IMG/VR virus record: IMGVR_UViG_3300045141_000199
Location: 25,774 to 89,773 of that record
Strand: one strand, 5' to 3'
Length of the DNA stretch: 64,000 bases
From: a virus
In this document: in pieces, positions 17,491 through 26,414 of the stretch
Position numbering within the stretch: position 1 is the first letter of the stretch
Layout of the letters: every line of letters starts with the position of its first letter
Notes under the pieces: model-generated
Seen by the model: the letters and a program-made list of their open reading frames with translations, nothing else
Database searches by the model: none
Told to the model about the DNA's origin: nothing
Position numbers and translations under genes: made by a program

Positions 17491-18963
17491 CTAAATGCGG
17501 CCCATCTCAGAGCCAGTCCAAGCCTGTCGGCGCCCCATGAGCATTGCTGTAGTGTCGGCCTCGATCGTGGTATGAGTGGGAAGGCCGGTATCAAGCTGTT
17601 CCTCATAGATATCTACGAAATCTTCCGTTTCAGTTTCCTTGCGTTCTTCGGCCTGACTTACGGCATCGTCAGCCGCGATAGCTGTAATGTTCGGAGCGCC
17701 CTCTTTGACGATCCCCCAATGCTGAAGCATCTTGGCCGACACAGCATCGTCATGCTGGCCTTCTGGTGCTCCATACGTCCAGCGGCCGGCGTCAGTGATT
17801 TTGTAGGTATAATTTTCAAACTCATGCAGGGGTTCCTCGTAGTCCAACCGGACTACTCCCTGTTCCATATCCTTTGAGAGCTGCACCACCATGTGTTGCT
17901 TAGTTTTGGTAAAGTTGATAGGCACAACATCGTAGCCGTCTGCTTCCATCTCCTCCACGATCGGATCGCCAAGCCCGGTCGAGTCAATTACTAACGTGAC
18001 ATGGGTAGCGCCTTCAGCTAGCAATTGTTTTACAAAGTTCCGCAGCCTTGCGCGCTGCATTTTCCAGGCAATCTCGTTGAAGCGATCGTAGCCACACGGC
18101 ATCATGTCGTCACAGCTAGCGGCCGAGAACACAGTGAAGTCATTTGACTTAGCAAGATCAACACCAATTATCACGCGGCCTTTAGGTTTTGTTTTTGAGA
18201 CGACTATATCGTCATGGAATCTAAAAACAGCCCCAGCGCTTGAGATGAAGTCAGCCTCGACCTCCTGCTGATAGGTAAGTAGAGGCATGGAATCGGCCAT
18301 CTCTCGAACCTCCTCATCTGGAATGAAGGGGTTAGAGCTGGTGGGAAATTTCCATGATCGATAGAGAGGCTTAGCGTCGTCCTGGCCGCGGAGCCACAGG
18401 TAGTAGAACCAGTTACGGCCGCGAGGAGTCGAGATCATTAGTGCCGAGCCTTCACGATCCATAAGCGTCGGACGGACAATCGTCTCCCATACACCCTTTG
18501 GCATCGTGGCAGCCTCATCGAGCACTACGAAATCGACTCCCTCTCCAAGCATGGCCTCCGGGCGCTCGGCTGAATAGAACTCCATGCGCGAGCCATTCTT
18601 GAACTTCAGGATCACGCTTCGGCCAGCATCAAAAGCCGAGTCTAGCTGGGGCGGGTGCGTTAATACGTCGTCGGGAAGCTGGCGAAGTACCTCTCGATAA
18701 CCACGCTTTACAACCTTGTAGGTCGGGGCGCACCACCACACCATTTGCTTCGGGCGACGGCAGCGTAACAGCGCCTTCTTGGCGCCTATTACTGTCTTAC
18801 CGAATCGTCGGCCGCAGCAAACGATCTGGAAACGTGCATGGTTTTCCATGATCTCCCGCTGGCCGCCGTCATGCGGAATGACAACCTTTTCTTGCAGCTC
18901 TAAGAGAAGTTTGGCGGCCGCGTCTGGATCAGATTCAACTAATTGCTGAAGCTTACTGTCCAT
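17491..18963 (-). CDS. terL: terminase large subunit
   Basis: Walker A 'CCGRRFGKT', Walker B 'FVVLDEAA', motif III 'ISTPRGRNWFY', nuclease 'IGVDLAKSNDFT...HDDAV'. Confidence 0.95.
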   Translation of the reverse strand: MDSKLQQLVESDPDAAAKLLLELQEKVVIPHDGGQREIMENHARFQIVCCGRRFGKTVIGAKKALLRCRRPKQMVWWCAPTYKVVKRGYREVLRQLPDDVLTHPPQLDSAFDAGRSVILKFKNGSRMEFYSAERPEAMLGEGVDFVVLDEAATMPKGVWETIVRPTLMDREGSALMISTPRGRNWFYYLWLRGQDDAKPLYRSWKFPTSSNPFIPDEEVREMADSMPLLTYQQEVEADFISSAGAVFRFHDDIVVSKTKPKGRVIIGVDLAKSNDFTVFSAASCDDMMPCGYDRFNEIAWKMQRARLRNFVKQLLAEGATHVTLVIDSTGLGDPIVEEMEADGYDVVPINFTKTKQHMVVQLSKDMEQGVVRLDYEEPLHEFENYTYKITDAGRWTYGAPEGQHDDAVSAKMLQHWGIVKEGAPNITAIAADDAVSQAEERKETETEDFVDIYEEQLDTGLPTHTTIEADTTAMLMGRRQAWTGSEMGRI

Positions 18964-19424
18964 TATTTCTTAGAGTTTTTCGCTAGGAGTTCTTGCAGCT
19001 CTTTAGCAAAGCCGGCGTCAGATTCGATGGCGTCCATTGCCTCATTGATTGTGGAAACGTCCTTGGCACTGCCTTGAGTCTGAAGGCGTAGTGCTCCACC
19101 TAGATACTCCTTGCGAATCTTCAATAACGTATCAGTGTCAAGTTCATCGGCGTTTAGCAAGCGTTGCTCCATAACCGAGTCCACCTTACGCGCCACTCGA
19201 ATAACACGATCCTCTACAAACTTGAGTACAACTGCCTTAACGATCGGGTTGCGCTTTTCTTCGCCGATCTTCGCTGTTGAGCATCCAAACAAGGACGCCA
19301 TTTCCTTGTTGGTCATGCCGTTGGCAATCGCCATTGCCAGCAGCTCAATTTCCTCGTCGTTCGCAAAAATGCGTTTGACGGCTCCGTTTATCGGATGGCG
19401 ATGCGGAACAATGTCGTTACTCAT
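18963..19424 (-). CDS. putative terminase small subunit (N-terminal HTH)
   Basis: HTH 'GMTNKEMASLFGCS'; coupled directly upstream of terL. Confidence 0.6.
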   Translation of the reverse strand: MSNDIVPHRHPINGAVKRIFANDEEIELLAMAIANGMTNKEMASLFGCSTAKIGEEKRNPIVKAVVLKFVEDRVIRVARKVDSVMEQRLLNADELDTDTLLKIRKEYLGGALRLQTQGSAKDVSTINEAMDAIESDAGFAKELQELLAKNSKK

Positions 19425-19771
19425 CTCAATATCATCCCATTTAGTCCGTCAAAATAGGGGGTAATCGACCCGTCAGGCCAAGATAGCCGGCAGGCCGCTA
19501 AGTGTGAATCCGCCGCTAGACAAAGCCGATCAGCCAGGTCAAGACTGATTGTGGGCGTGGACTCACTGAGAACTCGATACACCGTTCGAGTGCTGGTGTT
19601 AGCCTTCTCGGCTATCAGAGAGACGCTTGAGCCGGCGTCCTCATCGTCCGGGCGGACGATCTCCTTCAACACTGTGGCGACATCGATGGTGCAAATGCGT
19701 GGCTCAACTTCCTTGGAATTCTTTTCCTGTTTAGCCGGCTCGTATCCTTCGAGCAGGTATTTCTCTTCCAT
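19421..19771 (-). CDS. HTH DNA-binding protein
   Basis: 'VSLIAEKANTSTRTVYRVL...ISLDLADRLCLA' (Xre-like); AGGAGG RBS. Confidence 0.65.
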   Translation of the reverse strand: MEEKYLLEGYEPAKQEKNSKEVEPRICTIDVATVLKEIVRPDDEDAGSSVSLIAEKANTSTRTVYRVLSESTPTISLDLADRLCLAADSHLAACRLSWPDGSITPYFDGLNGMILR

Positions 19772-19818
19772 GCTGGCCTCCTAAATTAGCGTGATATTTC
19801 AGCATGGTCACGCTCTCC

Positions 19819-20325
19819 TTAGGAGGCTTTGTTGTTGACAATTTTCCATTTGGTAGGCGGCCGGCGCCAGATGTTTTCTTCTGTCGTTACAGGTTCGCCG
19901 TATGGAATAGGTGGCGCGATATAAGGCGCCGCTGTTTCTGGATTAAAGTAAGGCGGAGCTTCCTCTTTGTAAAGCTCAAACGCCTCGAAGATGCCGGCAA
20001 TATGAGGATCGTGCTTATCCACCAGCTCACAGCCGATTGCTGTAAGCGATAGACTTTCGATCTCCGTTCGACCCTCGTCAATGATCTTGGCGGCCGCAAT
20101 GTCCCGATCGGTAACATAATCATACGCATTGCGCATATGGCTCTCATTTTTACCGAGCAGGACAATCTTCTTGTAATGACCTGAGCGGTACCAGAGACGC
20201 AGCAGATTAGAGTCTGGAGGGGTCAGCCTGAAGCCCTCCACAGCCGCGTGAGCGGCCTGTGCGGCGATCTTTCCAGGAGACATACCCAAACCCCTGTTTA
20301 CTATTAAATACATGCAAGGGTCCAT
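19819..20325 (-). CDS. pth2: peptidyl-tRNA hydrolase, Pth2 family
   Basis: 'MYLIVNRGLGMSPGKIAAQAAHA...KKIVL...IIDEGRTEI...TAIG' matches the PTH2 consensus. Confidence 0.9.
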   Translation of the reverse strand: MDPCMYLIVNRGLGMSPGKIAAQAAHAAVEGFRLTPPDSNLLRLWYRSGHYKKIVLLGKNESHMRNAYDYVTDRDIAAAKIIDEGRTEIESLSLTAIGCELVDKHDPHIAGIFEAFELYKEEAPPYFNPETAAPYIAPPIPYGEPVTTEENIWRRPPTKWKIVNNKAS

Positions 20326-20534
20326 TAGGCGGCCGCTATTCTATCGACTGCACAATCTATCGCTTTGCGCAATTCGGTCAGCTCTTTCAAAGATACCGTT
20401 CTAGTAGCTGTCATTCCGCTCTCTTCATCTTCAAAGATGATGCGCGCCTTATCCATGCCCGGTAAACACCACACCAGCACTGAATATCTATCCTCCGTGG
20501 GATGATGGACTGTCGATTCTCCTAAGGTAGGCAC
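20325..20534 (-). CDS. hypothetical protein
   Basis: Coupled ORF within the operon. Confidence 0.5.
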   Translation of the reverse strand: MPTLGESTVHHPTEDRYSVLVWCLPGMDKARIIFEDEESGMTATRTVSLKELTELRKAIDCAVDRIAAA

Positions 20535-21019
20535 AGTGTTGCTCCTTTTATCTCGACTTGACGGTAGAAAAACCCATGCATGATGCTGTCATTGCAGTGA
20601 CGGTTTTCATGCTGAGGAGTAACGAACAGCTCCTTAGCTCCGCCCGCTAAAGCGCGGTCCTTGATCTTTGCTGGCTGCGAGTAGAACTCGATGGCGTTGA
20701 GAGCAGCGATCAGCTTTAGCGCCCCGATTAGCTGGACTGTTCGGAATTCATCGAACGCTAGCTCTTTAGCCTTCCAGGGATAGAGCGCGAAAATCTCACA
20801 TACAATAAGGCTAATGGGGCCTACGTTCTGGTCGGCTCCAATGCCTGATCTGAGTAAGTCCGTCTCACCTTCAGCCAACGGACCTACATTATCCTCGATC
20901 GCGTCATGCACATCATGGGCGAACGGCCAGAGCTTAGTCTGGCCGCCGCCCAATAGCACATCTTCATTCCAAAGTGACCATCCGGTTTCCTCACCCGGGT
21001 CTACGCATAGCATTCGCAT
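20522..21019 (-). CDS. RuvC-like Holliday junction resolvase
   Basis: 'MLCVDPGEETGW', 'IVCEIF' and 'HCNDSIMH' give the RNase H-fold acidic residues. Confidence 0.75.
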   Translation of the reverse strand: MRMLCVDPGEETGWSLWNEDVLLGGGQTKLWPFAHDVHDAIEDNVGPLAEGETDLLRSGIGADQNVGPISLIVCEIFALYPWKAKELAFDEFRTVQLIGALKLIAALNAIEFYSQPAKIKDRALAGGAKELFVTPQHENRHCNDSIMHGFFYRQVEIKGATLCLP

Positions 21020-21039
21020 ATATGAAGTTTACCACAAAT

Positions 21040-21486
21040 TCAATATGCTATCTGCCATTCCACTGTTCCAGTCCAAGAACAGCTAGCATGTGCTATATAG
21101 TGAGCGGCCGGGGCATACAAATCGATTGCGCGCGTGTGACCGTTAACCGATCCTCCGCCTCCGCCGATGTCGTTCTTCTCTAGCTTATGCTTACGGTGAC
21201 TGCGGGGGTCACGGACGATGATTTTTGCCTTGTTAGGCAAACCGCCCATATTCGTTCCCATGCCTAACTCGGCGAATGAGTAAGGATGGTTAGGGAGATA
21301 CGCTTCGCGATAGCCGGTGACCAATGCTGGCTCACAATCGCCCCCATAAATCGAGGCGCCCACAGTGTGCCAAGGTCGATGGTGCTTGGCCCACGCCCGG
21401 CTAACGTTTACGTCACAGCGATGTGAATGGCAACCTTTGACATGCGCCGATGCTGGGGATGAAGCTGCAAACATTGCTATTAGCAT
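21040..21486 (-). CDS. secreted RlpA-like (double-psi beta-barrel) cell-wall protein
   Basis: Signal-like N-terminus (…PASA); 'GASIYGG', 'GLPNKAKIIV', 'KNDIGGG...RAIDL'. Confidence 0.55.
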   Translation of the reverse strand: MLIAMFAASSPASAHVKGCHSHRCDVNVSRAWAKHHRPWHTVGASIYGGDCEPALVTGYREAYLPNHPYSFAELGMGTNMGGLPNKAKIIVRDPRSHRKHKLEKNDIGGGGGSVNGHTRAIDLYAPAAHYIAHASCSWTGTVEWQIAY

Positions 21487-21491
21487 TACTG

Positions 21492-21758
21492 TTAGGAAGC
21501 GTCCGATACACCTTCACCATCCTTTAGTTTGAGGGTTGGCCTAATTGATGCTGGCACATAGCGCATGCGCAATGTGTGAGACTCTGATTGCACACGGCCG
21601 TTGTAAATGAGCGACAAGGCTTGTCCTGTTGTGTGAGCGTGGCCGTGATCTTCTAACCACTGCACAAGATCAATGGAAGCTGGTAAACGTCCCTTACGCA
21701 AGACTCGTTCGAGCTTGCGTATCTTTTTGTTGTCCCTTCGATTTTTGGCGCTCACCAT
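21492..21758 (-). CDS. small basic protein with S4-like RNA-binding motif
   Basis: 'IDLVQWLEDHGHAHTTGQALSLIYNGRV' resembles the S4/alpha-L motif. Confidence 0.45.
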   Translation of the reverse strand: MVSAKNRRDNKKIRKLERVLRKGRLPASIDLVQWLEDHGHAHTTGQALSLIYNGRVQSESHTLRMRYVPASIRPTLKLKDGEGVSDAS

Positions 21759-21960
21759 GCAACCTTTCAATAAATTTTTTCCAATTGGCTACGCCCTCCT
21801 CAAGCCTTTTAGTATGGCGTTCGAGTCGGACGGCCTTTTCCTCAGGAGTACGTCGTGCTATCCGTGCCTGCCGGCGAGCGTGCTTGGTTCGTTTGATAGG
21901 GCGGCCGTACAGCCGTTGACGCTGCTCGGACTTATTGAAACGGGGCGGAACTTTAGACAA
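21694..21960 (-). CDS. basic hypothetical protein
   Basis: Arg/Lys-rich ORF overlapping its neighbours. Confidence 0.45.
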   Translation of the reverse strand: MSKVPPRFNKSEQRQRLYGRPIKRTKHARRQARIARRTPEEKAVRLERHTKRLEEGVANWKKFIERLHGERQKSKGQQKDTQARTSLA

Positions 21961-22327
21961 GCGGCGTCTCTTCCCGCTTCTCGCTTTGCGGACGCATGTC
22001 CTCAGCTCTGAATATATCCTCCGGAGAAGGACCGGGCTTCACCCGCGTAACTGTGAGGTTGAGATCGGGCTCATCGGGAGTGCTTACAACCTCGTAATCG
22101 CGCTCTAACTCGCGCTCGGGACGATCAAGTACCTCGCCAAACGTAGTCGGTTTGATCGAGATATTGTCACCACCCTGGTCGCCCCACTCCGCGCTACGCA
22201 CGTTAGTCTGTACAGGGCTAGGGCCAATTACTTCAACCTCGTTGTACGCGCGCATATCCACGGCGCCAGTCTTCGGCTCCTTGAATAGGTTCTTACGCTT
22301 TAGGATTGTTCCTCTTTGGTAGCTCAC
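21953..22327 (-). CDS. hypothetical protein
   Basis: Coupled ORF within the operon. Confidence 0.6.
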   Translation of the reverse strand: MSYQRGTILKRKNLFKEPKTGAVDMRAYNEVEVIGPSPVQTNVRSAEWGDQGGDNISIKPTTFGEVLDRPERELERDYEVVSTPDEPDLNLTVTRVKPGPSPEDIFRAEDMRPQSEKREETPLV

Positions 22328-22524
22328 TTAGTGCTCGCTTTCTTCTTGATTAGGTTTGAGCGTCGGAAGGCCAAAACAGTGCGATGGTTCACCAATTCCG
22401 CCGCGATGCTCGGATGATAGTTCTCATCGATTCCATTTATAGCCTGTGTTAGCTGTTCTATGCGAATCGAAATTCTATCGATTCGTTTTTGACGCCATTT
22501 ATTCAAGCGTTTATCGTACCACAT
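22324..22524 (-). CDS. hypothetical protein
   Basis: Coupled ORF. Confidence 0.5.
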   Translation of the reverse strand: MWYDKRLNKWRQKRIDRISIRIEQLTQAINGIDENYHPSIAAELVNHRTVLAFRRSNLIKKKASTK

Positions 22525-22934
22525 TATGCAGGCCCCATCTCGTTTACAAAGGCAACTGCTAACACATCCACAGCTTTCTCAAGCTCATGTGAAATGCGAT
22601 TCTGGTAAAGCGTTCGGGCTTCTCGGGACATGAATTCGCCACACGATAAAGCGGCTACTTGAATGTTGTGAAAGTGTAGGTGCATAAGCTCATGGCAGAT
22701 AACCTCGTTGAGCTTAGTTATCGACCAGTTGGGCCATTCCGCATTGATCGCAAATTTGGCCGTCTCATAGTCTTTCGGCGTGTGTATTTCGGCATCGTTG
22801 TCTTCTTCAACCGTGTGTGACCAGTCTAATTCGATTGACCAGTGCGGCAGATTCAGTCGATCGATCCATACGTCGGTGATTCTCTCGACTTGTTTTTGGG
22901 TTAGCTTTTTAGCGGCCGTCATGCGGTCACCCAC
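22524..22934 (-). CDS. HExxH zinc metalloprotease-like protein
   Basis: 'NEVICHELMHLH...HELE' motif. Confidence 0.65.
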   Translation of the reverse strand: MGDRMTAAKKLTQKQVERITDVWIDRLNLPHWSIELDWSHTVEEDNDAEIHTPKDYETAKFAINAEWPNWSITKLNEVICHELMHLHFHNIQVAALSCGEFMSREARTLYQNRISHELEKAVDVLAVAFVNEMGPA

Positions 22935-24763
22935 TCAGGTACAAACAGGCTGCCATCTTTCATGGGCTTGGCATCCGACCAACGATCGTAGATTCCTCCG
23001 TCAGCTTCAAGTGGCACGATTGGTTTATCTCCTTGCCACAGGCGCCCACCGGGCTCCGCCTGTTGGGTTAGACGTTTTATGATTAGCTGTTCGACTTCCT
23101 TGGCATCCTCGGCCGGCACATGAGCTACAACCTCGTCATGAATGAGTGCCACTACCGGGACGCCATCCTTGTGCAAGCTCACGACCGCATCCTTGAGAAT
23201 TTGGGCGGCCGTGCCCTGAATTAGGTAGTTCACGAATTTGTAGGCTTCCTTATCGGCGTTCCAACAACGATAACGTCGGCCCCACATGTCTTCGATGTAG
23301 CCCTGATCCTGAAGGCGATACTCGATACGGTTCTGAAGATTCTCAACCTCAGGGTAAGCTTCGAAATAACGGCGCCGCAGTAGCCTGGCCTCTGCCTGAT
23401 CTACTTTGAGCTGCCGTCTAACAGTTCTCAGCCCACCGCCATAGATAATTGAGAAGTTGTACTTCTTGCCTCGTTGCCGGGCAGATTCAATTCCCATGCC
23501 CGTGCGCTTCAAATCTTTGATCCCAATTAGCTCCGCGGTCATGATGTGCTGATCGGCGCCTTCTCTAACCGCATCCAGCATCCGGCCTTCACCAGCGTAA
23601 CCAGCGAAAACGCGCATCTCAATGTTCGAAAGATCGCAAGCTACGAGCTTGTAACCTGGCTCGGCGCGAATGTTGTAGCGCAGCCGTAGGTCATCGCGCG
23701 GCTGGTTCTGCATGTTGGGGCCGCTGCATGACATGCGTCCGGTTTTAGCTCCGCTCTGACGGTAACTAGCGTGAATGCGGTCGTCGGGAGCAATGAACGG
23801 CTCGTTCCATGATCGCATTGCTTTGTCATACGAGCGGCCGATCATCGGCCGAACATACGTCGAAAGCGTCTTGTATTCTGCTCTGAAATCCAGGACCGCA
23901 CGCGCAAGCTCATCGTCGCAGGCTTCGAGGTTATCTTTGTCGGCTGATTTTACCTTGCCATCGTTGGTTTCCATGAAGCGCATATCTGCTCCGCGCTGTT
24001 CGAGCGCAGCAATGACCTGTGCTGAAGACTTCGGATTGAACTCCGTAAGCTCCGTATTATCGGTAGCTAGGCTGTGACAGCGATCCTCAAGCTCATCAAG
24101 GTTGTTGATAACTTCATTCTCCAGCTTCCGATAAGCCTGTTCATCGGCTGGCAGCCCACGCTTCTCCATTGCATAAAGCGCGTCCATAACATCGCGTTCA
24201 AACTCGTACAATCCAGCAAGCTTTGGCTGTTGGGCCAGCACTTTGTCGTATTCATCGCAGATTGCGCGCGTCAGGTACACATCTTCTAATCCGTACGGGA
24301 TCATTAGCTCGCGTGGTACGTCCGAGTAGTTAGGCTCAACTAATTCTTCACCTTTCTCGGTGGCCTCTTTCTTGCGCGTGGCGCGCTCGGCGATCAGCCA
24401 AGCCTTGACGGCCTTCTGGTGGTCCTTAGCGCTCTCTCCTTGTAATTCCTCCGCTACGTTCTTTAGTGCGACCGACCGGCGCTCATTTATGATGTGCGCA
24501 ACCAGCATCCCATCGTGCCACGAACCATCGCCTGGTAACTTAAATTTATTGGCCGCATCTGCAAATGCTCGGTCGAACTTGGTGTTCCAAGCACGTATGC
24601 CCTCAATCGCGCCCCGACCAAACCATTCTTGAATACGACCGTCGTCTTTCCCCGGGAACAAAGCCTCGCCCTCGCCCGTACCATCCCAAAATTGCATCAT
24701 GAAGGCGCGCTGCTTTTGTGACCATGGCTGAAATCCTGTGGACTCTACATCAAACTCTATCAC
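22919..24763 (-). CDS. polA: family A DNA polymerase with 3'-5' exonuclease domain
   Basis: Exo 'FDVESTG/NTKFD/YGLED'; 'TGRMSCSGPNMQN'; motif A 'DLSNIEMR'; motif B 'RQRGKKYNFSIIYG'; motif C 'IHDEV'. Confidence 0.95.
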   Translation of the reverse strand: MIEFDVESTGFQPWSQKQRAFMMQFWDGTGEGEALFPGKDDGRIQEWFGRGAIEGIRAWNTKFDRAFADAANKFKLPGDGSWHDGMLVAHIINERRSVALKNVAEELQGESAKDHQKAVKAWLIAERATRKKEATEKGEELVEPNYSDVPRELMIPYGLEDVYLTRAICDEYDKVLAQQPKLAGLYEFERDVMDALYAMEKRGLPADEQAYRKLENEVINNLDELEDRCHSLATDNTELTEFNPKSSAQVIAALEQRGADMRFMETNDGKVKSADKDNLEACDDELARAVLDFRAEYKTLSTYVRPMIGRSYDKAMRSWNEPFIAPDDRIHASYRQSGAKTGRMSCSGPNMQNQPRDDLRLRYNIRAEPGYKLVACDLSNIEMRVFAGYAGEGRMLDAVREGADQHIMTAELIGIKDLKRTGMGIESARQRGKKYNFSIIYGGGLRTVRRQLKVDQAEARLLRRRYFEAYPEVENLQNRIEYRLQDQGYIEDMWGRRYRCWNADKEAYKFVNYLIQGTAAQILKDAVVSLHKDGVPVVALIHDEVVAHVPAEDAKEVEQLIIKRLTQQAEPGGRLWQGDKPIVPLEADGGIYDRWSDAKPMKDGSLFVPEWVTA

Positions 24764-25398
24764 TTGCTTACCTCAAACTCATTGATGATGGCAGGCCCCT
24801 TCATGAACCACTCGCCAACCATCCAAGCCATGTGGTAGGGCATAAACTTGCAGTGCAGTTCTCGCTCCTTTGCCTTGCCGCCGGGCATCGTTGCAATTAC
24901 TTCTAGCTTGCGGGGGTTACCGGCCTGGTACTGACCTAAACGGCGGGGGATATTGGTAGAGTGGCCGATCTTGACAGCCGAGTTATCACCCTCCATGCCA
25001 ACCAAATAGCACAGGTCCGGCTTGCCTTCCTCGCGTTCGCGTCGTTCCTGTAACTCTACTTTTGCTAATGGGGATAGCGGCGTAGAGTTGCCGTTACCGC
25101 GATGCCCTGCCCTATGAAAACTAGCGCCAGCATAGTCAGAGACATCGCCGCCAAGCGCTTCTCGAACCTCTTGATGCGAAGGATTTCGCTTGTTAGGCCC
25201 GTATCTTATTCGGAGTCCTTCCCTCGTCTTTGTGCAGCGGACGCAGAACGACTGGTAATAAGCATTGATCGTCTTTTTAGCCCTGCTCTTCTGTAAGTAG
25301 AAATCATTGGTTGGTTTCCAGTCCCTACAAATAGAGCATTGAAGTTCAGCTCCGGGAATAGCATCAACCTTCTCCTTTACCCTAGTCTCGACTCTCAT
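24760..25398 (-). CDS. GIY-YIG-like (T5orf172/MUG113) nuclease with N-terminal Zn finger
   Basis: 'CYLVG...VKIGHSTNIPRRL..YQAGNP...ERELH..F...GEWF'. Confidence 0.8.
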   Translation of the reverse strand: MRVETRVKEKVDAIPGAELQCSICRDWKPTNDFYLQKSRAKKTINAYYQSFCVRCTKTREGLRIRYGPNKRNPSHQEVREALGGDVSDYAGASFHRAGHRGNGNSTPLSPLAKVELQERREREEGKPDLCYLVGMEGDNSAVKIGHSTNIPRRLGQYQAGNPRKLEVIATMPGGKAKERELHCKFMPYHMAWMVGEWFMKGPAIINEFEVSK

Positions 25399-25973
25399 AT
25401 TGAGAACTCAACCTTGCGCCGCAAGTCATCTAGTGAGCCATCATTCACGATCGTCTTGGTGACTAACGATCTATCTAACTGAACCTCCGAAGCGTGGCCA
25501 TCGGACTCAAGCCCCGGCCGCGTGATCTCCCACACCTTGCCGCCGAGATTCAGAACTCGCTCGGCCTCATTGGGGTAGCGAACGTCCGTAACTACGAGCA
25601 GCTTCGCTCCGGGGTAGCGGCGCTTAAGCATGCCGTCAGCCGGCAATACCTGATCGATCCAGAACGTATCTCCAAAGACTTCACGGGCTCCCTGTCCGAA
25701 CCATTGCAGATACTCACGGCCGGTGATCCAGTATTCAATTTCAGGCCATTCGGGTGCCTGGATTCTGAAATCCCAACCCTCCTTGCATTTATTCATTAGC
25801 GGGATGAGCCGCTGATCGTCTTCGGGCGCAAAGCCAAGGGCCTTAGCAGCCATTTCCTTGAGCTTATCGGCAAAGGCCACGCGCTGTACGGGCTCGGGCG
25901 TCAGCTCTTTTATGAACTCGGCTGCCGTGTCCTTACCGGATGTCTTGTAACCGTTGATGCCTATCAGTCGCAT
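25395..25973 (-). CDS. deoxynucleoside monophosphate kinase
   Basis: 'IGINGYKTSGKDTAA', 'AFADKLK', 'REYLQWFG', 'VVTDVRYPNE', 'HASE'. Confidence 0.9.
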   Translation of the reverse strand: MRLIGINGYKTSGKDTAAEFIKELTPEPVQRVAFADKLKEMAAKALGFAPEDDQRLIPLMNKCKEGWDFRIQAPEWPEIEYWITGREYLQWFGQGAREVFGDTFWIDQVLPADGMLKRRYPGAKLLVVTDVRYPNEAERVLNLGGKVWEITRPGLESDGHASEVQLDRSLVTKTIVNDGSLDDLRRKVEFSI

Positions 25974-25985
25974 CGCTAAACCTTA

Positions 25986-26414
25986 TCAAAAATCGCTAAG
26001 TTCAGCATTTGAAACCGATATATCGTCTGCGGTTAGCAGGCATAATATCGGGCTCCCGTCAAAATCTTCGTCGTATTCGAAGACCTGCTTTTCGAGGAAG
26101 CTCAGCACGTACGCCTCAGCACGCGCTCCGCGGCTCTCTCGCCAGTCCTCTAAAAAGATGCCACCGATGCAGGCCGGATCAGCGCATATCGTTATATCGC
26201 GTGCTAGGAAGCTCATATACGGCCGCTCAACCGAATCGGGGGAACCAGTTTCCGATTCCATAGCTTCGCGCTCAACATGCTCATCGTCTAGCTCGGCCGG
26301 ACTTACTATTGTATAGCCGCTAGCCCGTAACTTGTCCGCTACTTCCCGGAACCGCGGGAAATTGAAGCAAGGGATGCCAGTCATAGGGCCGCCCTCGTAA
26401 AAGTAGGGTTTCAT
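25986..26414 (-). CDS. DUF4406-like (nucleoside deoxyribosyltransferase-like) protein
   Basis: 'YEGGPMTGIPCFNFPRF...VSPAE...WRESRGARAE'; start moved to the ATG overlapping the helicase stop. Confidence 0.75.
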   Translation of the reverse strand: MKPYFYEGGPMTGIPCFNFPRFREVADKLRASGYTIVSPAELDDEHVEREAMESETGSPDSVERPYMSFLARDITICADPACIGGIFLEDWRESRGARAEAYVLSFLEKQVFEYDEDFDGSPILCLLTADDISVSNAELSDF

